NCBI GenBank assembly: GCA_015523325.1
Contig: WAKO01000003.1
Location: forward strand, 77 to 64,076
Source of the DNA: Candidatus Micrarchaeota archaeon
Lineage (GTDB): Archaea; Micrarchaeota; Micrarchaeia; Anstonellales; J096
Length of the DNA: 64,000 bases
Direction of reading: 5' to 3'
Made by a program: the position numbers and the translations under genes. A model generated the notes under the pieces. That model was not told the DNA's origin, did not search any database, and was given only the letters and a program-made list of their open reading frames with translations. Shown here one piece after another: positions 55,514 through 64,000 of this stretch. Every line of letters starts with the position of its first letter. The first letter of the stretch is position 1.

Positions 55514-56902
55514 TCATACTTCAACGGCATTTGTAACTTCTTTAATTTTCCTCCTTTTTAGTTTCCCTTCTTTTCCAACTTCCTTTTCCAAAATACTTCC
55601 CTTTTCCTCATCAATACCTTCAATTACTTCAATCACTTCTCTATATGAAGGTTCTTTTAATCTATCTTCAACTTCTTCTCTTTTGCATGATATCAATCTT
55701 CTATATCCTGCTTCTATATAATTAGCTATTTTCTCTATTATTAACTCAAATACCCCTCCAGTGTTAGGATTTACTCTTCCTTCATCTCCTTCTACAAAAT
55801 AAATTGTTTCTATTCTTTCCTTTACCCCATCAAATAGGTTTGAGATTATTGTTTCTAGTGAGTAATAATCCTCATTTCCATTCTCTTCAACATTTTCCAA
55901 GAATTCTTTTATGAATTTCCTTTCTTCTCTCCTTTCATTTAATACATACCCTTCTTTTCTATTCAGCTCTTCCTCTAATATTTTGCTCATGTTCCATAAA
56001 TGAGAGAGCAGAATCAAAGGATATTTTAGGGAAATAAATTCTGCTTTTTCTACAATTTCTAAGAATTCCTTAAGCTTTACTCTAGCTGTAGTTTCTTCTT
56101 CAAAGCCTTCTACTATTAAAGACCTATTTTTTATACGAACTTTTTTTCCTTTATCCTCTAAGCTATACCAAGAGGGGCTGTTATAGTAACCATTATAATT
56201 AAAGAACACTGGAATATAATTGTTGCTTTTCATTGTTATTTTTTCATGAATCCTTTTTACCTTATTTTTGAAACGCTTTGGTTCATTAGTGAGTAGGGGA
56301 AAAATTACATCTAAAACATTTTCCTTATTTATTATGCTTGGAGAAGGGGCCTCTACAAAATTTACTCTTGGAACTTCTACTTTTTTATTATAGTTAATAA
56401 CATACTCTATAAGCCTGTACGAGGCTTCCCTATCAAAAACCCTCATTGGAGTTCCAGGAGGAATTTGTGAGTAAATCTCCCAACCATCTCCTAAATTTTC
56501 ATTCAATCCCATAAAAACTTCAAGTTGATGGGAAACCAATTCTGAATTCTTTATTCCTTTTCCTCTAGCGCCTTCTTGTATATCTCTTTTAATTGGCATT
56601 ACTTTTTTCCACTCTTCAAATATTTCATTACATTTCTTTTTTTTGTTTTTACTTAAAAACTCTACAAAGCTTGAAGGAAGATTATACTCATAGGTTGAAA
56701 CTAAACTATCAATTACTGGGATTATAATAACTTCTTTTCTAGCTTCTTTTAATTTTGAATAAAGAAGAGAGGAATGTATTAGGTTTAATGCTGGAGAATC
56801 AATAAAGACTCTTTCTTTTTCTTCATATTTATATTTAAATAGGCTCCATGCTCCTCTTCCTTCACATATTATGACATTAACCTTATTTGTTCTTTGTTTC
56901 AT
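55514..56902 (-). CDS. Hypothetical protein (462 aa)
   Basis: Long ORF with coding-like composition. No recognised motif. Confidence 0.45.
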   Translation of the reverse strand: MKQRTNKVNVIICEGRGAWSLFKYKYEEKERVFIDSPALNLIHSSLLYSKLKEARKEVIIIPVIDSLVSTYEYNLPSSFVEFLSKNKKKKCNEIFEEWKKVMPIKRDIQEGARGKGIKNSELVSHQLEVFMGLNENLGDGWEIYSQIPPGTPMRVFDREASYRLIEYVINYNKKVEVPRVNFVEAPSPSIINKENVLDVIFPLLTNEPKRFKNKVKRIHEKITMKSNNYIPVFFNYNGYYNSPSWYSLEDKGKKVRIKNRSLIVEGFEEETTARVKLKEFLEIVEKAEFISLKYPLILLSHLWNMSKILEEELNRKEGYVLNERREERKFIKEFLENVEENGNEDYYSLETIISNLFDGVKERIETIYFVEGDEGRVNPNTGGVFELIIEKIANYIEAGYRRLISCKREEVEDRLKEPSYREVIEVIEGIDEEKGSILEKEVGKEGKLKRRKIKEVTNAVEV

Positions 56903-57082
56903 AAAACTAATGAAGGGAATAGAAAATAATTTAAATTTTATTAACGTTATTTAAGTTTTATTAGTCTTGCTTTTATTTAATTTTTTATCTACTTTCCAAT
57001 TGGACTTTGGATTTTGGGTTTAAACAATTAACGCACTTCCTTGGAGGAGGTTTTTAAACTAATTCCTTGTATGCTTTTGGCT

Positions 57083-58246
57083 ATGAGAAGAGTTGCTATA
57101 ATAGGGGTTGGAATAACAAAATTTGGAGAACATTGGGAAAAAGGATTGAGGGATCTTGCTTTAGAAGCTGGAATAAAAGCTTTGGAAGATGCAAAAATTT
57201 CTGGAGAGAAAATTGATGCTGGTTATGTTGGAAACATGGCTTCAGGAAGCCTAGCTGGACAAGAACATTTAGGAGCTTTGCTAGGAGATTATCTTGGCTT
57301 AAATCCAATTCCAATAACAAGAGTGGAGGCTGCTTGTGCTTCTGGAGGAGTTGCTCTACTCCAAGCTTATCTTGCTGTTGCTTCTGGAATGCATGATATT
57401 GTTGTTGTTGGCGGAGTAGAGAAGATGACGGATTTGAGCACAGAACAAGTAACTGCAATACTTGGAGGAGCCGGGGATCAGGAGTGGGAACTTTTTCATG
57501 GAGCAACCTTTCCTGCTCTTTATGCTTTGATGGCAAGAGCTTACATGAATAAATTTAAGGCTAGAGAGGAGGATTTGGCTAGAGTTGCTGTAAAAAATCA
57601 TAAGCATGCTTCACTTGTCCCTTATGCCCAATTCCCTAAACCAATAACTATTGAGACTGTTATGAACTCAAAATACATTGCTTCCCCTCTGAAGGTTTTT
57701 GACTCCTCCCCAATTACTGATGGGGCTAGTGCATTGGTTTTAGCTCCTTTGGAAATTGCTGAAAGCTACACCAACAAAGTTGTTGAAATAAAAGCAATTG
57801 AACAAGCTAGTGATACAATAGCCCTACATGATAGGAGCTCTTTGGTTGAGATAAATTCCACAAAAGTTGCAAGCAAAAAAGCCTATAAGAAAGCAGGACT
57901 TTCCCCTAAATCCATTGATGTGGCAGAAGTGCATGATTGCTTTACAATAGCTGAATTACTAGCCATAGAGGATTTAGGATTCTTTAAAAAAGGAGAGGGC
58001 TTTAAGGCTGTGGGAGAAGGAAAAACAACATTTGGAGGAGATATTGTAATAAACACTAGTGGTGGTCTAAAGGCAGCTGGCCATCCTGTTGGGGCTACTG
58101 GAATAAAGCAGGCTTATGAAATAACCCTCCAATTAAGAGGAGAAGCTGGAAAAAGACAGGTTAAAAATGCACAGATTGGTTTAACTCATAATGTAGGAGG
58201 TTCTGGAGCCACAGCAGTTGTTGGAATCTATGAGAGAGTTTCTTAG
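57083..58246 (+). CDS. Acetyl-CoA C-acetyltransferase (archaeal thiolase of the mevalonate pathway)
   Basis: N-terminal RRVAIIGVGITKFG. Catalytic Cys region VEAACASG. C-terminal NTSGGLKAAGHPVGATG. Confidence 0.85.
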   Translation: MRRVAIIGVGITKFGEHWEKGLRDLALEAGIKALEDAKISGEKIDAGYVGNMASGSLAGQEHLGALLGDYLGLNPIPITRVEAACASGGVALLQAYLAVASGMHDIVVVGGVEKMTDLSTEQVTAILGGAGDQEWELFHGATFPALYALMARAYMNKFKAREEDLARVAVKNHKHASLVPYAQFPKPITIETVMNSKYIASPLKVFDSSPITDGASALVLAPLEIAESYTNKVVEIKAIEQASDTIALHDRSSLVEINSTKVASKKAYKKAGLSPKSIDVAEVHDCFTIAELLAIEDLGFFKKGEGFKAVGEGKTTFGGDIVINTSGGLKAAGHPVGATGIKQAYEITLQLRGEAGKRQVKNAQIGLTHNVGGSGATAVVGIYERVS

Positions 58247-58260
58247 GTTACTTAAATTCC

Positions 58261-58731
58261 TTAATGTTGGCTCTTTTGAATTTCTTTAAGTGTCTTTAGA
58301 ACTTCTTCAGCATGCCCCTCTGCCTTAACATTTCTCCACTCCTTAACTACTTCTCCCTCTGGGTTTATAAGAAAAGTGCTCCTAATAATTCCCTCAAACT
58401 CTTTTCCATAAAGCTTTTTCTTTCCCCAAACTCCAAACTTATTTATCACTTCTTTATTTGGATCGCTCAATAAAATTACTTTCAATCCATGCTTCAAGTA
58501 AAATTTTTTGTGGGACTCACAGCTATCTGCATTAACTCCAATAACAACAGCATTTAGCTTTTCAAATTCATTTATTATGGAGCTGAACTCTATGGCTTCC
58601 TTAGTACATCCCGGCGTATCATCATGAGGGTAAAAGTAAAGAACAACCCATTTCCCTCTAAACTCTGATAAGCATCTTTCCTTATTTTCCTGGTCTTTTA
58701 AGCAAAATTCCACTTTTTCACCTCCTAGCAA
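58261..58731 (-). CDS. bcp: Peroxiredoxin, Bcp/PrxQ-type
   Basis: Peroxidatic Cys motif DDTPGCTKE. AhpC/TSA fold. 156 aa. Confidence 0.85.
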   Translation of the reverse strand: MLGGEKVEFCLKDQENKERCLSEFRGKWVVLYFYPHDDTPGCTKEAIEFSSIINEFEKLNAVVIGVNADSCESHKKFYLKHGLKVILLSDPNKEVINKFGVWGKKKLYGKEFEGIIRSTFLINPEGEVVKEWRNVKAEGHAEEVLKTLKEIQKSQH

Positions 58732-58975
58732 TTTTTTTGATTTTATTTGATTGGATTACTAATAGGGATAGCTTGTGTAAACACACTAACCACTAGATAG
58801 TTTTTAAACTTTTGTTACTGAATTTAGTGGATTACTTTTATAAATTTAGGATTTAAAACCTAGGTGTTATGAGTAATGAGATTGAAGAAGGAAAAAGTTA
58901 TCTAATAGTTCTTTTCAATAACTTAATCTTATATTCCAAATTTACTATAGAATAAGGGATTATAAAAAATAAGAT

Positions 58976-59076
58976 TGGGCCCGGTGGGATTTGAACCCAC
59001 GACCTACGGCTATCTTAGAATCCATTAGAGCGGGTCTTATAAGACCGTCGCTCTAACCTGGCTGAGCTACGGGCCC
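58976..59076 (-). tRNA. tRNA-Ile with predicted UAU anticodon and a ~26-nt anticodon-loop intron
   Basis: Reverse complement reads GGGCCCGTAGCTCAGCCAGGTTAGAGC-G-ACGGT-CTTATA[A-GACCCGCTCTAATGGATTCTAAGAT]A-GCCGT-AGGTC-GTGGGTTCAAATCCCAC-CGGGCCC-A. The archaeal tRNA-Ile-like acceptor/D-arm GGGCCCGTAGCTCAG is present. Spliced loop CTTATAA. Confidence 0.65.
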
Positions 59077-59098
59077 TTTATACACAAATTAACATTTA

Positions 59099-59113
59099 GG
59101 TAAAATTTAAAAA
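59099..59113 (-). promoter_or_regulatory. TATA-like box ~27 nt upstream of tRNA-Ile 5-prime end
   Basis: The minus-strand sequence reads TTTTTAAATTTTA, centred ~27 nt before the mature 5-prime end. Confidence 0.35.
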
Positions 59114-59256
59114 CACTCCTCTTATGGGCTAGGTTTAGCACTCTTTTTGTTATCTCTTAATAATTCTCTTAATAATTTTAGGAGGTTTTAAATACTTTAG
59201 CACTCTCATAGCTAGCTTATACTAGTTTATAGTTTTTGGTTTTATGAGGTGTTAAA

Positions 59257-60579
59257 ATGAAAGAAAAATTAGAACACATAAAGTTTGATGTTAAAAATAA
59301 GAGATTTATTTCTGAAGGAAAAGGAGAGCTCCTAAGGAAAGTTAAACCTCAAATATTTGAAGAAGGTTTAATTAGGATAGATAACTTTAGAGACTCCTTG
59401 GTTAAAATAAACAATAGAGTAAATAACCAACTAAAGGGTTTATCTCACAAAAACACAAGGGAGTTGGCACTTTTTTTAGCTTTTCTGAATGTTGAGACCT
59501 CAACAGATATTTCTTTGGTTTTCAATGATGGCAGGAATGGAAAGAATATAAGCAAAGAACTTTATCCATACTCGACCATAACTTTCTCTTCTGTTGATGA
59601 GCTAGTTTTAGTTTTGTTAAACCCTTACTTAAACAAAAGGGTTAGAAATGTCTTATTTTTACAACCAGGAAATCTAGAATCCCCAAACCCTGATTTATCA
59701 TTTATGGTGTTAAAAAGAAACGAGTTTTTGAATAGATTTTATAGGATGGGATTTAGAGTTGAAGGTCCAATTCTATTTTTAGATAAAAGAAAAGTTCCTT
59801 TCTTTTCAGGAGTTTTAGCTAAAGGAGAGATTTTTATTGTTGATGAAAAAGAGCTCTACCCATTAAATAATAAGGATTTAAATCTCTATTTTAAAGAAAC
59901 TAGGAAGAGCTTTCTCCTCCTCCAACAGCTTAGAAGGTTTAAAGTTAGAAAGCTGAGTTGTGCAGAGTGTTTTTCCTCCCATTCTCTACTTTCAACCACT
60001 TTTTTTGGTTATCCTGATAAAGAGCTTTTAAGAGAGTTCCTAAAACAAGATTTTTCAATAGGGATTGTGGAATTTCATTACCCTTGCAATTTTATTAGAA
60101 CCTCTTTAGATTTTCATGAGATGTTCTTTAAGATTAGGGATAGTTCAGTAATGAAGGCTATTCTCTCTCAACTTTCATCTTTTTTAAGAGGAGGACTAAT
60201 AGCACTCCATAATTCTTATTTTGATTCAACTTCCTTAAAAACAGATAATCCTCTATTCTTGAGAACATTTAGAGACAACCCTGTTGAGTATCAACCACTG
60301 CTTAGAGCTCTGTTAAATAAGGGGTTGTTAAAGGTAGGAAAGCTAAAGAACTTTAATGGAGGAAAAGAAGCAATATTTTTTGAGGAGGCTGAGGAGGTTC
60401 TAAAAACAACTATTAAATGCCTAACCAGAGAGGAAATGGAGTTAGCTGTTATGGAGAGAATTGCTTTTAAAACTGCTTTGATTTTGAAGGAGCTACTAAA
60501 TGAGCTGCTTGAAGAGGGTCATTTATATCTAAAGGAGAGAGAGTTATTTATCTTAGTTAGAGGGTGTGAAAAAGAATGA
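59257..60579 (+). CDS. Hypothetical protein (440 aa)
   Basis: Long ORF with an AGGAGG-like RBS. Confidence 0.5.
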   Translation: MKEKLEHIKFDVKNKRFISEGKGELLRKVKPQIFEEGLIRIDNFRDSLVKINNRVNNQLKGLSHKNTRELALFLAFLNVETSTDISLVFNDGRNGKNISKELYPYSTITFSSVDELVLVLLNPYLNKRVRNVLFLQPGNLESPNPDLSFMVLKRNEFLNRFYRMGFRVEGPILFLDKRKVPFFSGVLAKGEIFIVDEKELYPLNNKDLNLYFKETRKSFLLLQQLRRFKVRKLSCAECFSSHSLLSTTFFGYPDKELLREFLKQDFSIGIVEFHYPCNFIRTSLDFHEMFFKIRDSSVMKAILSQLSSFLRGGLIALHNSYFDSTSLKTDNPLFLRTFRDNPVEYQPLLRALLNKGLLKVGKLKNFNGGKEAIFFEEAEEVLKTTIKCLTREEMELAVMERIAFKTALILKELLNELLEEGHLYLKERELFILVRGCEKE

Positions 60580-60651
60580 GATTTAAAGCTAGTTTTTTAG
60601 ATGGTTCCCCTCTTAGTATGGATTTTTAAAAAATGAAGTAGTTTATAAGGC

Positions 60652-61488
60652 GTGGGAGACTCTGTGGAAAAATCTAAGAGCAAAAAAAGAGGAGGAACAA
60701 TTTTATCTATCACTTTTGATGGCAAAAGAACAACTCTCGTGTTAAAAGGAAAATTTCTGGCTTTTGAGCTAGGGGATTTATTTATTTTGGTAAGAAAGGG
60801 CAGTGGTTCTCTAAGATTAATTGCTCCATTAGAAAATAAAGAAAGTAGAAAAGAAAAAAGAGAGGAAGAAGTTATTTTTCAAGGAGAAGGAAAAACACAG
60901 CAAACTTCTAAAAGAGCAGGTAAGCCTTACCCTTCCGAGAGCTTGGAGGATTTGGAGGAAAAAGAGTTTGATGTGCTAAACAAGGTTTCTTTAATTCCTT
61001 TTTCGAGAAGAGATTTAAGAAGCGTTTTACTAGAACTTTCTTCAGAAGAGAGAAAAATACTGAAAAGCTTAGCTTCTAGAGGTTTTTTTAAGTTATATGA
61101 AAAAGATGGGAAAATATTCCTTTCTTTTGATGAAAGAGTTTATGAGAAACTTAAGGATTTAAGTAAAATAAAGAGGGAAAACAAAAACTTTATTAGTAAT
61201 GATTTCATGATAGTGGCTCCCGCTTTTGTTAAAAAGTATCTTGCAGAAATTGATAATAGCTTTGTGTTTACCATTGATGCAAAAGGAATTTTATTTGCGG
61301 TTAAAAGAGACAGAGCTAAACAGTTGTATAAAAAAGTAACTTCCATCCTTAAAAAAGGAGAGCTTTCTTTGGAGGAGATAGCAGCAAAGCTAAACCTTAA
61401 GAAAGAAGAGGCCCTCGCAGTTTTAAAATTAATGGGAGAAGAAGGTATTATTTATGAACCTTCTCCAAATAGGTATAGCTTAGCTTAA
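60652..61488 (+). CDS. Hypothetical protein with C-terminal winged-helix domain
   Basis: C-terminal wHTH-like segment LSLEEIAAKLNLKKEEALAVLKLMGEEGIIYE. Basic N-terminus. Confidence 0.45.
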   Translation: MGDSVEKSKSKKRGGTILSITFDGKRTTLVLKGKFLAFELGDLFILVRKGSGSLRLIAPLENKESRKEKREEEVIFQGEGKTQQTSKRAGKPYPSESLEDLEEKEFDVLNKVSLIPFSRRDLRSVLLELSSEERKILKSLASRGFFKLYEKDGKIFLSFDERVYEKLKDLSKIKRENKNFISNDFMIVAPAFVKKYLAEIDNSFVFTIDAKGILFAVKRDRAKQLYKKVTSILKKGELSLEEIAAKLNLKKEEALAVLKLMGEEGIIYEPSPNRYSLA

Positions 61489-61517
61489 ACCTTAACTTTA
61501 ACTTCTAACAAAGGCTA

Positions 61518-62597
61518 ATGATTCTTGGAAAAAGGAGGGAAGCTATGTTTTTAAGAGACCCAATACATGGTTTGATTTCAATTAGCGAAGAGGAAAAGAA
61601 AATAATAGATTCTCCTGTTTTTCAAAGGCTTAGAAGGATAAAGCAACTTTCTCTGGCTTCTCTAGTATACATTGGAGCAAACCATTCCCGTTTTGAGCAT
61701 AGTTTAGGAGCAATGCATGTTGCTGGTCTTATAGCAAAAACCCTAGGATTGGATGTTCAGCTAGCTAGGATTTCCTCTTTAATTCATGATATAGGCCATG
61801 TTAGCTTTTCCCATACAGGAGAGATAATTCTCGAGAAGTTCTCTTTAAACCATGAGGAATTAGGAAAGAAAATGGTGGAAGAACTTAATATTTATGAGAA
61901 TTACTCAAAAGCTGAGCTATTCAACTCCTTGGAGAGCTTTATATGCTCCTTTTCTTTAGGCAGTGATAGGATCGATTATTTGAAAAGAGATTCTTATTAT
62001 ACTGGGGTTTCATTTGGTGTTTTGGAGGAAGATGTTTTAATAAGGAAAATGAAGCTCTCAAGAAATAAGATAGAAGTAGAGGAGAGTGCTTTAGAGGCTT
62101 TAGAGTCTTTTTTTATAAGTAGGTTTATGATGTTTTTTGCTGTTTATATGCACAAAACAGTTAGAATAGCAACTTCAATGCTTGAGAAGGCTTTGTTGGA
62201 TGCTTTTGAAAGAAATAAGCTAAGCCTTGAAGAACTTATTTGGGATGGAGATGATGTTTTGCTTTATAAATTAAGCAAATCTGGGGGAGAAGCTTCTCAT
62301 CTTTCTCAACTTTTATTGAAGAGAAACCTCTACAAAAAGCTTTGCTATTTGGAGAACAATAAATTTGGGGTTGAAGTTGCGAGAGAACTTGAAAAAGAAG
62401 GAGCCTTAATCTCTTATCCAAAAAAAGTAGAAAAAGCTTATGATGCGTATGTTTCAAATAAATCTGTAGAAGAGGTTAGTGAGCTAATTAGTTCTCTAAA
62501 AAAGGCTGAGGAAAAGAAATCCAAGATTTTAGTTAGTTGTGATGCTAAAGAAATTAAAAAATTTGAGAATTTGCTCTCTAAATTGCTTAGAAGATAA
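61518..62597 (+). CDS. HD-domain protein of the dGTPase / dNTP triphosphohydrolase-like family
   Basis: Motifs RLRRIKQL...FEHSLG...HDIGHVSFSH...D. Confidence 0.65.
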   Translation: MILGKRREAMFLRDPIHGLISISEEEKKIIDSPVFQRLRRIKQLSLASLVYIGANHSRFEHSLGAMHVAGLIAKTLGLDVQLARISSLIHDIGHVSFSHTGEIILEKFSLNHEELGKKMVEELNIYENYSKAELFNSLESFICSFSLGSDRIDYLKRDSYYTGVSFGVLEEDVLIRKMKLSRNKIEVEESALEALESFFISRFMMFFAVYMHKTVRIATSMLEKALLDAFERNKLSLEELIWDGDDVLLYKLSKSGGEASHLSQLLLKRNLYKKLCYLENNKFGVEVARELEKEGALISYPKKVEKAYDAYVSNKSVEEVSELISSLKKAEEKKSKILVSCDAKEIKKFENLLSKLLRR

Positions 62598-62702
62598 TAA
62601 TTAATAATAAAATAATTAAGAGATTGAGAGATAAAGAAAGAAGGAATTTCGCAAGGTTTTTAAACCCCCTCTCTGAAATTCTAGTAGGTTTGAGGTGTTA
62701 GT

Positions 62703-63173
62703 ATGAAGGGACAAGGTTCAGTTGAGTATTTAGTTATCTTTGCAGCGGTATTGATTATAGCGGTTATAATAGTGTTCTTGCTAGGGCAATTCGCAGGGTT
62801 TTCTCAACAAAGCTTGGTTGACCAAAGTATAACTTATTGGTCTGGACAAAAGCCAATAGCAATTAGTGATTGGTCATTCTCAGCATCTGGAAATGATAGG
62901 TTTGTTCTTGTAAATAGGGACATAACAAAGATTGAAGTAGTTTCAATTAACACAAGTGAAGCAAACTACTCAGTTTCAGCAACACTTTCTCCAGGAGACT
63001 CATTTGTATTATCAACAGCAACTACAGTTGCAGATTGTGATGCTGCAGGAGATGTAAACCAACCAGTAGAGCAAGATAACGTAGTTATCTACTACAGGAA
63101 ACCAAGTATAGACCCAACAGAGATGTTTACACAAACAGGAACAGTTCCAATAAGAGGTGTTTGCGCTCCATAA
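62703..63173 (+). CDS. Archaeal type IV pilin-like protein with class III (prepilin-peptidase) signal peptide
   Basis: N-terminus MKGQGSVEYLVIFAAVLIIAVIIVFLL, with a KGQ/G cleavage motif and a hydrophobic helix. Ser/Thr-rich beta domain. Confidence 0.65.
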   Translation: MKGQGSVEYLVIFAAVLIIAVIIVFLLGQFAGFSQQSLVDQSITYWSGQKPIAISDWSFSASGNDRFVLVNRDITKIEVVSINTSEANYSVSATLSPGDSFVLSTATTVADCDAAGDVNQPVEQDNVVIYYRKPSIDPTEMFTQTGTVPIRGVCAP

Positions 63174-63194
63174 ATTTAATCTTTTTTCTTCTTT

Positions 63195-63980
63195 TTGTTT
63201 CTTTGCTTGAGAGATTTTATGAAGGAGAAATTCTCTGATAGGTTTATTCAGGATTCCTTAAAAAAGGAGGAAGAATCATTAAAAAAGAAGCTTGAGCTCT
63301 ACTTAACTCTTTACAAAGTTGAAAGAAAGCCAAAGGATATTGTTGAACCTGCAAAACCTATGTTTTCTTCTTCTCCAATTAAAATAAAAACACCTGAGTC
63401 TCCAACCCTCTCTTTAGAGCAAAAAGTAAAAGAAGACAAGTTTGATATAGTTTATTTTAATCCTGTCTTAAAGAAAAAGGAAGTTTTGGAGAGTGTTACA
63501 AAGTTATTTTATAATGACATAAGACAAGAAGTGGTAGATTTGACTCTTTCCTTAAGAGAAGCTCCTATCGCCATAACTCATGTTATTTACTCTCCATTAA
63601 TAGAAAAAGTAAAACAAAATAATTTGAAGTTAGAAGAGCTTCAAAAAATTGAGGTTTCTCCTATCTTAAAGGAAAGGGATGAGGTTGTTAAAGAAATAGA
63701 GGAGCAAAGGAAAGCTATTGAAGAGTTATTAGAGGCTTCAAAATATAATTTTGAGGAACAAAAATTTTTTGAGAAGCTTAATAGGCTTCCTCCATTAACA
63801 AAAAAGAGAATAGAGGCTTTGGTTAAAAGAGGTGTGGATAAAAAAATAATTATAACTCTTTTGCTTGCTGAGGAGTATTTCCTTATAAATTTAAGGAACT
63901 TTTTGCTTTCTTTAACCCCAAAATCTATAAGGTCTATTATAAAAAAGATTTTTAAAGGTGGGAAAAATAACTCATTGTAG
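63195..63980 (+). CDS. Hypothetical K/E-rich protein (261 aa) downstream of the pilin gene
   Basis: ORF with coding-like composition. No recognised motif. Confidence 0.4.
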   Translation: MFLCLRDFMKEKFSDRFIQDSLKKEEESLKKKLELYLTLYKVERKPKDIVEPAKPMFSSSPIKIKTPESPTLSLEQKVKEDKFDIVYFNPVLKKKEVLESVTKLFYNDIRQEVVDLTLSLREAPIAITHVIYSPLIEKVKQNNLKLEELQKIEVSPILKERDEVVKEIEEQRKAIEELLEASKYNFEEQKFFEKLNRLPPLTKKRIEALVKRGVDKKIIITLLLAEEYFLINLRNFLLSLTPKSIRSIIKKIFKGGKNNSL

Positions 63981-64000
63981 GTGTTTTTATGAAATTGCAA

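Noticed and set aside
57096-57607. Minus-strand ORFs inside the thiolase gene (Q/L-rich products)
   Set aside because: Antisense to a well-conserved enzyme gene.
58732-59256. Long AT-rich intergenic regions flanking tRNA-Ile, as candidate ncRNA (RNase P/SRP) loci
   Set aside because: No GC enrichment or stem-rich structure as seen for the tRNA and leader modules. More likely promoter/terminator spacer. Only a TATA-like box was retained.

Overview
AT-rich (~30% GC) archaeal chromosome segment, densely packed with genes and short intergenic regions. Archaeal identity rests on GGGP synthase, a class-I CCA enzyme, RIO kinase, KaiC-like ATPases, archaeal-type TrpRS, PheS-alpha with an N-terminal wHTH, and a class-III signal-peptide pilin. 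The lysine- and asparagine-rich proteome, the giant N/S-rich surface protein and the small-genome style resemble DPANN-like archaea. However, lipid genes (thiolase, GGGPS, geranylgeranyl reductase), enolase and PEP synthase are present, so this is not a lipid-scavenging Nanoarchaeum-type cell. Housekeeping genes include TrpRS, SerRS, IleRS, PheS-alpha, a split B12-dependent ribonucleotide reductase, topoisomerase IA, the CCA enzyme, enolase, PEP synthase, a site-2 protease, rhomboid and peroxiredoxin. Three tRNA genes are present. Two are tRNA-Leu isoacceptors (GAG, and CAA with a ~12-nt intron), each preceded by an identical GC-rich ~90-nt module. The third is an intron-containing tRNA whose spliced anticodon reads UAU, i.e. 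a tRNA-Ile(UAU) of the type reported for Nanoarchaeota and Korarchaeota. Positions 1,000-10,300 hold an extracytoplasmic copper / thiol-disulfide island: cupredoxin, a DUF411/CopG-like CxCC lipoprotein, a Cys-rich protein, a CcdA-like protein, a triple-thioredoxin-fold protein, and two paralogous membrane proteins that share an identical translation-initiation region and a C-terminal LPxMVGGC tail. Other notable items are two 'small protein + single-domain KaiC-like ATPase' modules, a giant 2,419-aa beta-helix / CARDB / dockerin-like surface protein, a polybasic repeat protein, and an HD/dGTPase-like gene block next to the tRNA-Ile. No rRNA, CRISPR array or clear transposase was seen.
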